From the NCBI GenBank assembly GCA_965644495.1, contig CBFFSA010000013.1, positions 310,001 to 374,000 of the forward strand: a stretch of 64,000 bases of DNA, written 5' to 3'. This DNA is from Perkinsela sp. CCAP 1560/9 (taxonomy: Eukaryota > Protista > Euglenozoa: Kinetoplastea). Below are positions 46,970 through 58,215 of this stretch, in pieces. The notes below the pieces were generated by a model, which was not told the DNA's origin, ran no database searches, and was given only the letters and a program-made list of their open reading frames with translations. A program made the position numbers and the translations under genes. Positions within the stretch are counted from its first letter, which is position 1. Each line of letters starts with the position of its first letter.

Positions 46970-49717
46970 CTAACTCTCCTTTCCTTGAGCCTTCATCCCC
47001 TCCACCAATTTCATCAGCTCCAGATTCTCCAGCCGTACCTTTAAACACCGCGCCTCACACGCGTCGAGTTCACTACGCAAACCCTGGTTCTCCTTCTCAC
47101 TGTGTTCCCTCCTCTCCTCCTGTCTCTCCTCCTTCTCCCTTACATACTGCAAAAGCTGTTTTACTTTCTCCACCGACCCTTCATACAGCGTTTTCCAATC
47201 GCAAGACGGAGAATCTGATTTCGGTAAGGGGCTTGCAGGCTTAAACGACCCCTCCTCCTCCTCCTCTTCTTCTTCGCTCCCCTTTGCCTCCATCTCCCCA
47301 CTTCTTTTCCTTCTCTTTTTGTTTTCACCTTCATCTCTGGGTTTCATCCCCACCAACACGGACACCTCCGTATTCCTCAACTCCTTAGGCTTCTGATCCA
47401 CCGTGAATAAACCCCATCTTTGTGTTTCCAGCTCTACGCCCTTCCCCCTGTCCATGTTTTCTTCCCCATCGATTTGGTTCTCATGAGGACAGGCCCCCGG
47501 TCCTCCCCTCTGTGAGCGAGCCCTCTCCCCCCTCCCGTACCCCCCCGCGCGTTCCTCCAGCTGTCTCATCTGCCGCGTTGTGGCACACGCCATGGAACAC
47601 AGCGACTTGTAAAGTTCTTCCCCCCCATCGGTGTCACGTTGGGATTCCATCTTAGCCATGAGGGCTTTACTTTGTAGTGTCATGTGTTGAATAAGATGAA
47701 GAAAGTGTTCGAGGCTGTCCTGCAAACGGTGAACGGCCTCTGTTGTGTTTTGCTCTTCCGTGTCACTCACAGGAGAATATGGTTTCTTCTTCTTGTATTC
47801 TTGTCCTTCTTCTTCGTCACCGGTTTGTGTTTTCTCCATGTGATGGGTGGGATGGGGTAAAGGGGGGAGCAGTGACGCATGACAGACATGGCGGATAAAA
47901 GAGGTGGAGAGTTGCAGGGCTTCAAGCAAGGAGGAGGTGAGATCGTTGTGCTGCGTGGCCCGTGCACGGAGTACTCTGGACATGTCTTGAATGAGGCTTT
48001 CGAGTTCCGGGATATCTTTCGGAGTACCCAGAGGAGACGGAACTTGATCAGGAATTGTGGAAATTGGGGATGAGTGGGATTCAGACCTTGAACCATGAGG
48101 TTCAAGCGCGAGGTGAGATTCGGGAACGGCAACGCAGCACTGTTCGAGAGAAAGTTGCGTGTTCTCGAGCTTTTGATGAAGATCGTGTAGTTGCACTCGA
48201 AGAGATTCGTTTTCTGAGGTGAGAAACCTGTGTTTTTCGAGAATATCAGTGCGATCCCTGAGCATTTCTTCTACAAGAAGCCCGAACAAAGGCATCGACT
48301 CGGTCCACGATTTTTCGATTGCCTCAAGGCGAGACATCATTGTTTTCGTTAACTCTTGCTTACGGGCCTCTGAATTCCATTCGCAAAAGCCTTTCAGTAA
48401 CTTTTCTATGGAGTCAAGACAGCAAATTGAATTGTTATGGATATAATCATCAATTTTACGTGAAAAAGATTCCGAAAAATTCTCTACACTTCTTGCCATA
48501 TCCATATTAATCTGTAGGCTTCCGCTGCTTAACTGCTCTTGTTCTCGGAAAATTCTGCGAAATCTGTCGATATAGCCCACGAAATCACGCGACATTGAAT
48601 CAAGAGTATTCGATTCCAAGGTGTTAGATGAGACGCTCGTAGTTGTGGTCGTGTTTGATACGGTTTGAGATGCAATAAAGGATTTAGAACGGATTTTAAG
48701 CGTTTCCAGGGCCACAATATACGCCTCCTTAACTGCGTATGTTTGGCGCAATACCTTGTCGAGTTCTGCATCATGATTTGAGTGACTCTCACGAAGGTGA
48801 TCTAGGTGCAACAAGAAGCCTTCCCCGTGCATACTTTTAAGATCTGAATTTTGATTCGCAAGAGTAGCTAAGCGCTCTTTGGTAACCGCTAGTTCATGCT
48901 CGAGAGTAAGGAGCCTTGGGTTTTCGCTGTCACTCCCCAAGGTTTTTACGTTCGATTCTGCGTGTGCGGTTGCACATTGATTGCATGAATTTTTCCCTAC
49001 AATTGCTCGTAGGGATAGTGAAAATTTTGTTTGATGCTCAAGGAGGTTTACGGCAAGAGCTAGTTCTCTGCGAAGATGTTTAATTTCGAACTCAAGCGGT
49101 AATCCGGTACCCGTGTTCTGCAATGTTGGGTGCTTTTTTGAACGAAGTACAGCAATCTCTGAGGAGAATGTTTTATTCAGACCTTCTAGCTTCCGTGCTA
49201 GCAAAACAAGCTTGTGTTTCTCAATTTCACTTGAAAGAAGTGCCATCCGCATGTTCCTTCTTTCGTGAAATGACTTCAGCAAAGCTCTTTCCGCTGCTTT
49301 TATTTGTAAAGCATGCGATTGCTCTAAATTATCTATTGTATCCTTGTAAGATTCTATTTGCAAAGTAAGATATTTTGTTTGAATTTCATTCGTGACAGCC
49401 AAAGAGGATGATGCGTGCTCAGAAGGTTGAGACTCACTTGAGAAGGCTTGTTTATCAATGGAATGGTTGTCGTTTCGCATAAGTGCTTGTAAGTGGACTA
49501 ATTTCTCACGAATCTTTCGAAGTGTAAAATCAAATCCAGTGCTCAATTTTTCGGATATTTCACGCTTCATCAAGGTTGTCTCAATAAGTCGGTTACAATT
49601 TTCTGTATAAGACGCGCGTACATGCTCCGAACCGTCCGGAGCTTTCTTTTTAAATATTTCTTTACAGGTTTTGTGCTTCTTCACAGATGTGACGTCTTCA
49701 CTGATCTCATCGCCCAT
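46970..49717 (-). CDS. Long coiled-coil protein
   Basis: 915-aa ORF rich in E/L/K/Q with heptad-like stretches. Confidence 0.8.
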   Translation of the reverse strand: MGDEISEDVTSVKKHKTCKEIFKKKAPDGSEHVRASYTENCNRLIETTLMKREISEKLSTGFDFTLRKIREKLVHLQALMRNDNHSIDKQAFSSESQPSEHASSSLAVTNEIQTKYLTLQIESYKDTIDNLEQSHALQIKAAERALLKSFHERRNMRMALLSSEIEKHKLVLLARKLEGLNKTFSSEIAVLRSKKHPTLQNTGTGLPLEFEIKHLRRELALAVNLLEHQTKFSLSLRAIVGKNSCNQCATAHAESNVKTLGSDSENPRLLTLEHELAVTKERLATLANQNSDLKSMHGEGFLLHLDHLRESHSNHDAELDKVLRQTYAVKEAYIVALETLKIRSKSFIASQTVSNTTTTTSVSSNTLESNTLDSMSRDFVGYIDRFRRIFREQEQLSSGSLQINMDMARSVENFSESFSRKIDDYIHNNSICCLDSIEKLLKGFCEWNSEARKQELTKTMMSRLEAIEKSWTESMPLFGLLVEEMLRDRTDILEKHRFLTSENESLRVQLHDLHQKLENTQLSLEQCCVAVPESHLALEPHGSRSESHSSPISTIPDQVPSPLGTPKDIPELESLIQDMSRVLRARATQHNDLTSSLLEALQLSTSFIRHVCHASLLPPLPHPTHHMEKTQTGDEEEGQEYKKKKPYSPVSDTEEQNTTEAVHRLQDSLEHFLHLIQHMTLQSKALMAKMESQRDTDGGEELYKSLCSMACATTRQMRQLEERAGGYGRGERARSQRGGPGACPHENQIDGEENMDRGKGVELETQRWGLFTVDQKPKELRNTEVSVLVGMKPRDEGENKKRRKRSGEMEAKGSEEEEEEEEGSFKPASPLPKSDSPSCDWKTLYEGSVEKVKQLLQYVREKEERQEERREHSEKENQGLRSELDACEARCLKVRLENLELMKLVEGMKAQGKES

Positions 49718-49899
49718 TGCGTGTCGTGGGTAAAAGATTAATTAGATAATATTCAGAATTACAGGTGCTGAAAAATTTGAAGAAGAAATTTGTGACATTC
49801 TGCACAATCATAGTTGACGAATATTTGCAGTACGGTTCCGAGCTTCTGTCTAAATCAATTGAAATCCTATATATGTAGTTAGCAAAAAGAACCTACTTA

Positions 49900-50097
49900 C
49901 TGTGACGCCCCCTTTATACTTCGCCCATTTTGAGCATAAACAAAGTATAAAAGGGGGTAAAATATCGCCAAAAATGTGTTCGAAAGCTGATTGGAAGATT
50001 TACGGAAAAAAATCGCCCCCCTCGGGGAGGGGGGCACACGAGAAAAACGAAGCATAACGGGGGGGGTCTGACCATTGAAGTATAAAGGGGGTCGTCG
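49900..50097. mobile_element. Tc1/mariner-type MITE, sister of 29700-30016
   Basis: TA-CTGTGACGCCCCCTTTATACTTCGCCCATTTTGAGCA...GAAGTATAAAGGGGGTC. Confidence 0.8.
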
Positions 50098-50734
50098 TAA
50101 TATGTGCTGGTAAGGACGAAATAAAAAAAGAAAAAAAGTTTTTGGGTCAAAGACGTAAATGTATCAAAGAATATTTTTTTTAGAAATCAGTCTACGCCTG
50201 AAAATAACTTCGTAGAGCGCCCTAGCTTCGTTCCTCTGATGTTTTTTTTCTTAAGTCGATTAAAATCAGTATCTAATGTTCAGTTAGGTGGTATCCCAGC
50301 TCCGAACCGGAGGTTGCGTAGCCGATTTACTACATTTTTCTCCGCAATGTCAATAATCGAGGTCACAACGAGCAAACAAGCAAAAATCCGAGAACCGGAA
50401 CAGGTCAGTTACTAAGTATTTTCTTTAAAGAAGACCTTCTTTAAAACCTTCTTCCTTCTTCCTTCTTTAAGACAACACACCTGTAACTACAAAAACGTTA
50501 AAGTGTAAATGATCAGTATTCTGAATACTGTGCGCCGGACATTGTCGATGGGGCGACAGGATAGCCCTAACCCTCAAGACCCCACTGAACCTGTCTCTGA
50601 AAAGGCGATCTAGACACTGGAAACATACCGGACGATTCGACTTCTCGGGAGAAGGTTCGGGTAACAGAATTGACATGCAGAACGCTGGGAATAAACCCGA
50701 CAGCGCAGGGATAGCCGATGTCCATCAGGCGATA

Positions 50735-50895
50735 TACCCGATGTGGGCACAAGGGAAGTGGACTACGCATGAACGACTGTGGGAACGCATTTGTACGTTC
50801 TGCGAAAGAAACAGCACTACCCCGACGGCATTCAACGCGATTCAGTTTCTCGAGTCTACCAAGCTAGCAGTGACGACCCGCCTGTCTTACAAGAA
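50735..50895 (+). pseudogene. Possible TATE/VIPER tyrosine-recombinase N-terminal relic
   Basis: WTTHERLWERICTFCERN...AIQFLESTKLAVTTRLSYKK resembles the core-binding domain of kinetoplastid YR retroelements; no catalytic domain present. Confidence 0.4.
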
Positions 50896-51831
50896 GCCTC
50901 CGTGTTCGGTTCCACCGTGTCGAACAGCATGGGAGTAAAGCGGGATTAAAATAGAAATGAACAGGGAAGTGTCAAGAAAATCTTTAATAGAGGTCATCAA
51001 TCTCATACATGCGGTTCCTCAGCATATAGGGGTACGAACTGCATTATCAAATTTCAAAAAATGAACCTGAATATTGAATTTTAGACCTTCAACCGGCTTT
51101 AAAAGACCAAAAAACAAACCGCTGTTTCGCGCTGTTTCACAAATCTAACCCGCAGCCCCTCACTTATTTTGGGCATTTATTTCGGCATTTATTTTAGGAA
51201 AGTACTTGAAAAAAAATATTTTTTTCCGATTTTTTGATACATTTATGGCCACTATTATCCAAGTTAATTTTTCGAAGTTTCTTATTTTGTCTACAGCTGA
51301 GGGCCTGCAGTTGTGCATCACCAAACCCGTGCTTGTATTTGAGGTCGAACGAGGTCTATTTTAGACCAAAAAATGGAATGAACACGTGCTATGTGGCTTA
51401 AAGTGTAGGTCTTTTGAACTTTTTGCGCCTTGTGAATGTTCTTTTACGCCATACCTAGACCCCTTACTGCGAATGCACGAACGGCGTACGCATTGCACAA
51501 ATAAAATGTACAATTACTATACACCCCATAATGCAGTCATAAATATTTTTAAATTATCATTCTATTTATAATGAGCCATGTTGAGATCAACGAATAGTTT
51601 ATTTCACGTATGAAGGTCACATCTGCGATCGATGAAGACGTATATGAAGTCATTGTTGCTTTCGCCCCACCAGCGCTCGTTATCACAGAGGAGCTAGGAG
51701 TAAAGGTGGAAGAATATCTGGATCGTGGCCTGCGGCCACTCGTGCGCCATAGAAAACACTCGTGCAAGAAAACAACTTTTCTTATCGTCAAAAAACAGAA
51801 TGCTAAACAAGTTGATATGTCACAGGGCATA

Positions 51832-52908
51832 TTATGACCTAACGACACAGATTCGGTCCTTAAGTGTATTAAACGCTGCTTCCCCTAAGGCTTGATGTAT
51901 CAGTCCTTCAGATTCCAGTAGGCTTTCCGCAAAATTACTGTCACCAAATACGGACATGAAAACTGAGCTATCGAAATCGTGTGGCAGTAACAAGCGAAGA
52001 TCGGAATGACGTAAAGGACTGAAGCCTGCTGGCCACTTCCATGGGGCTTCAGTGACAGAAAAGTACACATCCACCGATTTGTCAGATTGGGATATGTCGA
52101 GGAGGTCTTGAAAAAATGGTATCTCATTTAACGACTGCGCTAGCACGACTAACTGCGTTTGCGTCCGCAATGGGATTCCTCCACTTCGAAAATTATTTAG
52201 TGCCCCGAGAAATGTACCAATGCCTGACTTCGTTGCGAAGCACACATGCTTTGAAGAATTGAAGGCACCTTTAATGGGGGATTCAAAAAAGGATAGAGTT
52301 GACGTCTTTGAAAAGATCAATTCACGTGGAAAATGCTTGATACGTGCTATTGAAAACTTAGAATTGGAAGGTTCACCTAGACTAGCGTGCGGAACTTCGC
52401 TAGATATCAAGCCAGCCCATTCCCATAGCAGTGTCTCGCCAATATCTTGTCCTCGGAATTTCTCTTCTGGAGTGCTAATCGGAAGTGCACTCTTATCTTT
52501 GAACGTAGGCCGGTAATTAACTGGTATAAATCGGCTCGAACGTCCTTTCTCATCAATAAAGGAAATTTCCGAAGCGTCTGAAAGCTCTCTTCCGGAATAG
52601 ACGACATCATTACGTTTTACCATTGGTTCTTTCCTGCGACATTTTAAGATTGCCCGATCCCAATTCGGTATTTCCGGTTCTAGGGAATCTAAAACACATA
52701 TAATAGAGTCGGCTTGGGAAGTCATGCACGGGGTTCCTATAATAGATGTTGTTTGTGTTTGCTCACTCGGTACCAAGCTACGACTTTCCCGTTCAACTTG
52801 CAAACCGTTCTCGGTAAAAGTGTCATTTTGCTTTTTCCGTGATTTGTAATATACAACACTGAACACACAAGCAGCACTTAAACAAGCATATCTCGAGGTG
52901 ATTGACAT
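51832..52908 (-). CDS. Oxidoreductase NAD-binding-domain-like protein with N-terminal anchor (degenerate cytochrome b5 reductase-like)
   Basis: Hydrophobic N-terminal segment followed by basic residues; HVCFATKSGIGTF resembles the IAGGSGITP loop. Confidence 0.55.
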   Translation of the reverse strand: MSITSRYACLSAACVFSVVYYKSRKKQNDTFTENGLQVERESRSLVPSEQTQTTSIIGTPCMTSQADSIICVLDSLEPEIPNWDRAILKCRRKEPMVKRNDVVYSGRELSDASEISFIDEKGRSSRFIPVNYRPTFKDKSALPISTPEEKFRGQDIGETLLWEWAGLISSEVPHASLGEPSNSKFSIARIKHFPRELIFSKTSTLSFFESPIKGAFNSSKHVCFATKSGIGTFLGALNNFRSGGIPLRTQTQLVVLAQSLNEIPFFQDLLDISQSDKSVDVYFSVTEAPWKWPAGFSPLRHSDLRLLLPHDFDSSVFMSVFGDSNFAESLLESEGLIHQALGEAAFNTLKDRICVVRS

Positions 52909-53687
52909 AGATTGCGTAATGAAATATTCTTGAAGCAAAAGGTCCTATACAACACGTACTATGTACACACATGAAGGGGATACACCGACATTCGGCAAAC
53001 TTACCCACAATTGGTAAATACTGTAACCCCCTAGACTAGGGGGGTATAGTATTTACTAGGCTAGTTATCTGTCACTACTTTTCATGTAAAGGTGACAACA
53101 AGGTACAAAAGAACCTCACGCGGGCCCTCGCCATTCCGCGTACAAAAGTGACGTCGATCCCTTCACTGTAGCCCTGGAACGCTCGCAGTCTGCATCTGTG
53201 AAAACTTTCGAGCCTCTCGGACTCTCAACGTATTCCATGTTCATTGACGGTCCAGTGGAGCTTAGTGACCGAAATTTTTCAAGCGGCGTCCGAAGGAGGC
53301 ACGGAAGATGACTAAAGATGTAATTGGGAATGAGAGAACCATGCTGCGTATTGGGGGCAGATCAGCAACATAAAAGATGCAAAATATTGAACAACACTTC
53401 TCGAAAACGTATGAGGGGCTGCGGGTGGTGCCGTGCGAAACCGTGCCGAAGCGGCGCGAAACCGCGGTTTACATTTGACCCTCCGAGGCCTCGGTAGATA
53501 GTACATACCCTGCAGGTGACCTGTAGTGACCTCACTACAGGTCACTACAGGTCACTACATTTTTTATTAATGAGATGACGCAAACTTGAGGACGCAAACC
53601 CCCCGCAGCTGAGGGGTTAAGACATCTGTTTCGGAAAATTATATGTAATGATGCGGTATTTGAGAGTACTGTCACCCATGTAACCTA

Positions 53688-53996
53688 CTCCCGTATACCC
53701 CCCGGTAAGAGAATGGGTTTTGGGTCGAAATGGCCAAATCTCTCTTACTGGGGGGGTATGCTTTTTTGGCCAAGTTCCTCTTTTCTCCCAACTTTTTTGA
53801 CTATTTTTTCTTGTGAAAACGTGTTAAAACGCTTCTTTGGGTTACCCCCGAGTCACCCAACATGCAGACACCCACCCCCTACCCTATACGTCTCCTGTGG
53901 GGCTCCCGAGCCAAATCTCTCTTACTGGGGGTCAGCCCAAAAAGGGCCAAATCTCTCTCACTGGGGGATATCTTACTGGGGGGGGGTATACGGTAG
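53688..53996. mobile_element. TA-flanked MITE (CT(C/A)CCGTATACCCCCC TIR)
   Basis: Matching TIRs; three internal CCAAATCTCTCTYACTGGGGG repeats. Confidence 0.85.
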
Positions 53997-54476
53997 TATC
54001 AAATTTATATGACAGCAATCAATATCGCGTTCATATTACTGACATGCATGTCTTTCTAAAAATTCATGATCATTGACCAATATTCTGTAGACCCTCTTTG
54101 TCTTTCAAATCTTACCCCATGACCCAAAGCAAGGAGGAAAAGAGGACGACGCGTAAGTCTTCTAGAAGAGGTATAGAAACCCCCACCGATAACGGAAATA
54201 TTTCACAGGAATCACCATCTCAGGCTCGTCAACGTAGATCGCAGACCATCCGAAATTTGGAAGACAAAATTCCTGCTGCTCCTTTGCAGACTGCCTTTGG
54301 TAATGCATCAGGGGGAACTCTTATTCATCACGTGCGCCCTGGTGCGAAGCGATCTCCGAATGTCCAAGATCCGCTGAAGTACACAGAATTGGCGAAACAT
54401 TTTGAATATCGTTTGTGTACCTTTGATAATAGTCAGGGCTATCCATCTAGGATACCGTTACCCCCCCCCTTACTTA

Positions 54477-54552
54477 GAGGGGTAAAACCTGCAGAAACGT
54501 CAGTTGGGCGAACAAGGGCGAACACGCTAGAATCGAGCAGGTTTCACCCCTC
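54477..54552. mobile_element. 76-bp Harbinger-like MITE with TTA TSD inside the host TIR
   Basis: GAGGGGTAAAACCTGC...GCAGGTTTCACCCCTC; TTA on both sides; removal extends the match between the host TIRs. Confidence 0.75.
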
Positions 54553-55090
54553 TTAGCCCCCACTTTTTGGCCCAAGACCCGTACTTTGTGGTGAAGTAAG
54601 GGGGGTGAATAAATGATTCAAAGTTCGATCAATTTATAGTTCTCTCGAAAATCCTCAAATTATTGAAGTACACTATGCTATCGACATTGAGCGTAATTTC
54701 CTTTTCTTGAGTGTTGTAATACCTCGTGCTGCACATTCTATATTTTATGTTTCTCTTAGCTTGTCTACAATGTCCCATGGGCTTTTAACTTTTCCCCCAT
54801 GAAATTTTTTTAACCCGGGGAACGGTATATTATTTAATAACGCTATAATATTTAAATAACACTATATTATTTAAATAACACTATATTATTTAAATAACAC
54901 TATATTATTTAAATGGCAAAATTCAGCTCATTTTCCCACTATGGCGGGCCTTCTTGTTGAGAAATTCCTTTGGCAATACCTAGAATTCTTTGGTAATAAC
55001 TAGAATTCTAGTCTAAAATCATTTTTTACTGCTTTTTAAGTGTTCTATACCAACTTAGAAGCCCCTTAAACTACCGTACGTACTTCTAAA

Positions 55091-56044
55091 CAGGGTTCGC
55101 AGAAACTATAATATAGCAAAATATAGTTTTTTTCATCGAATATAGTTACTATATAGTACTATATTTACTATATTTTACTATAAAACTATAAGAAAACTAT
55201 AAAGTTTTTTTCACGTTACAAGTGATATTTTTTGAGTCCTCTTCGCTTGTGAAGGACATACACACGCCTCTACACGCGTTCTTACACGCTTTCATACGTA
55301 TGATATGACAAGAAAGTCTGAGAAAAATGTAACCCAGGCTAAAGTGGACGAGGGAGATACCAAAAGCACCTTTGGCAAACCACCCCAAAAATGGAAGGGT
55401 ATGTCCCTTAAAGATTCTTTTGTCACATCGGAATCCTTTACAAACCGGGAGATATCATTCCATTTTTGTGGTGGACTAAAGGTGCCTTTGAAGCCTTCCT
55501 CGTCCACTTTAGCCTGGGTTACATAGCTATCGAAACATCCTCGCTCTTCCCCGCGGTTCCATGACCGCCGAAAAACATGATATAAAATTTATTCAAACTC
55601 ATAGAATTGTGAGCAGCAGTTGTTCAGTCCCAAGACATAACGTCGGTGGCTCCAGCCCATGCACGGCGACAGCGATGCAGTGAGATGTTCGGGATGCAAG
55701 ATTCTTCCCAATCTGTCAAGGCCACACGATGGGACTGTGGTACGTCCCCTCCTGACACAAGTTACATTCAACCGCTTGTTTACTTCCCTCTGTGCGCAAC
55801 ACTTCAATAAAATAATCTTTGCAGAAACTACCCCTCGTAATTTTAATTTCGGGCATCAATTTTCTGGTTTAAACATAAGAAAAATCGTACACAAATGATT
55901 TCTCTGTGTAATTATGGCGTGTTGGTGAGCTTAGAAGTGCTTAAAATGTGAAACAAAAAAATAAAGTTTTTTATAATTTTTAAAAAAAGTTTATAGTAAC
56001 TATATAGTACTATATCGATAGTTTTATAGTTTCTGCGAACCCTG
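55091..56044. mobile_element. hAT-like non-autonomous element
   Basis: CAGGGTTCGCAGAAACTATA TIR; exact 8-bp TSD CTTCTAAA at 55083-55090 and 56045-56052; ACTATA subterminal repeats. Confidence 0.88.
55332..55519. mobile_element. ACCCAGG-family MITE (innermost of the nest)
   Basis: ACCCAGGCTAAAGTGGACGAGG TIR with TA flanks. Confidence 0.85.
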
Positions 56045-57149
56045 CTTCTAAAGACCACATTTTTACTTGCGCTTTTTCCTCTATTTAAATATTATAGCGT
56101 TAACGCTATATTATTTAAATAGAAACTTTAACACTATATTATTTAAATAGCACTATATTATTTAAATAGCGATTTAAATAATATACCGTTCCCCGGGTTA
56201 CATCGCGAAATTTAAATGATGTCGCAGAACATAACCCATTGAACACCAATTTAAATGTTAGAACTACAAAACACTGTGGCGCAACTTTATGATCAAACTG
56301 ACATGATGATGAAACTGACATGGAAGAAAATCGTTCTGAATTAGAAATGGTTCAACATACTAAATCATTCCGGATAGCTCCGATCGGTCACTGGCAAGTC
56401 AGATCCTTCACAGATAGATTTGGAAGTTTCGAGGCCGAAGTCCTCTACCTGTTTTTGTTAGTACAAGGCGGCAACAACGTGCTGCTACCAACCCTTTGCG
56501 TCGACGAATCGTACGGTAAACCCAGGACAATCTTTAAAAAGTTATCATTCCTGCAGCTACGTAGCATTCCTGTAACCGTTATTATTTCCCCCCGGAATGT
56601 TAAACCGGACTGTGGTTTAAAATCCTGGTATGACGGCGTCGTCTTCACCGACGTGTGCACCAAGAACCTTTGTTCATCGATGTTTGTGCGCCATCTGTGT
56701 CCCTCCTTGAAGACCACTGGGCGTGGCTCTGCCTCGCCTTAGCCCGATGCAACGGTCGGTTGCAGTGCACCCCTCCGGCTGTGTAAAGAGGTGGTAAGTT
56801 GTCTGAGAAAAATCCAACACCCCCCTTACTTCACCACACGTCCAGCGACTAAATGTGATGAAGTAAGGGGGGAGGCGAAGTAAGGGGGTGGGGGTAACGG
56901 TATGTTCACGGGAGTTCGCGAAACGCAAAGATCCGCAATCATTCCTTCAGGACGACGGCAATCAAAGACGCCATATCATTTGCAAGCATTGTGGCACAGT
57001 TTTTCATGGTCGATGTATGTAACCGTACTACAGCCATAAGAATGTGACATGCAAGGTGCTGCATCCCAAAGTGGAAAGTAGGCAGGCGGAAATGTCACCC
57101 GTAAATGACATCAAGAAAGTTGAGGTTTTCATTAACAGGCAAAGTTTTG

Positions 57150-58215
57150 CAGGAGTCAACGTTTATCGAACTGAAGGCCTACCTTGACGATATCACCCTC
57201 CTAGGTGCCCCAGAACACGTTCGGGATGCATTCTCCTTCGTTGTTACTAATGAAGGTTCTTCGTTTCGAATTCGCTGTCCAAAGTCGGTCAAATGCCAGT
57301 ACACATCAAGCGGAACAATTCTCATCCTTCAAAGACACGGAGATCACACATACGTAGCTACGATGGCCAGAAATTATTGGGGGCTTACGTAGCTCAGGAT
57401 CCAGACCTCGAGCAAAAATGTGTGGAAGACCAAGTTCCCAAAATACAGCGATTCGTTGACAAGTTAGCATCTCTACCCAGGCCTGTCGCTTTGACTCTTT
57501 TTCGTAACTGTGGAGCTGCATGGAATTACATAGTTCAAGCGCGTCACCCGAATACAACACTCCGAAATGTACAGAGAACGTCGTGTTCCCAACCCACCCC
57601 CGAAGCACAGAGCCCAAAAGCAACGCCACGTCGACGCTGGATGCTGCGTTAGAGGAAACAACAAGCGCAACGGAGTGCGTTCATCTGTTGCAAGTCAACA
57701 ACACCTACTCCCGGTACTGGCTGCAAGCACTTCCCAATCGATCGGAACACATGATGTCCGAACCGGAATGGCAGATTGCCCACCGACTCCGCTACCTCCT
57801 ACCTACCAAATCTGTTACCTCCTACGTCAGCTCGTTCTTATCGACGTTACCGTGGTGAATCCCCTGGCCGCATCGTATGTGGAGGCCGAAAGCAAAAATC
57901 CAGGCTGCACACTCGCCAAAGCGGAAGCCGAGAAGCTTAAAAAAATGGAGAGATGTCAAACGATAGAGGGGTGGTCCTCTACCCGCTAGCCTTCACGGTC
58001 TTCGGAATCCCGGGGAACGCGACACTCCCTTTTGCGGAAGTTGGGCCGGTAAACTTCCAACCCAAAAGGCAACCCAAAAGGTTACAGAGCACATGATTAT
58101 GGCCACTGGCGCCGCCATCCAACGCGGCAAAGCTCAGATGCTGAGAGCGGCCTCAGGGGAGCAGGACGGTGGTCGGCGTGGGTAAAGGGGGCTTTGTGGG
58201 CCTTTCTTTTCTTGT
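57150..58215 (+). pseudogene. Truncated, frameshifted CRE-clade non-LTR retrotransposon (RT to RLE)
   Basis: AYLDDITL, KLLGAYV, WLQALP...HRLRYLLP, IDVTVVNP...AEAEKLKK, FTVFG and AIQRGK motifs in shifting frames; pyrimidine tail near 58200-58219. Confidence 0.8.

Larger units (their letters stand above)
54813..56198. mobile_element. TA-flanked element with ACCCGGGGAACGGTATATTATTTA TIRs
   Basis: Perfect 24-bp TIR; subterminal 20-bp ACACTATATTATTTAAATA repeats at both ends. Confidence 0.85.
54455..56900. mobile_element. TA-flanked element (CCGTTACCCCC...CTTACTT TIR)
   Basis: TIRs plus an inner inverted pair GTGGTGAAGTAAGGGGG at about 54588 and 56820; TA at 54453-54454 and 56901-56902. Confidence 0.8.
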
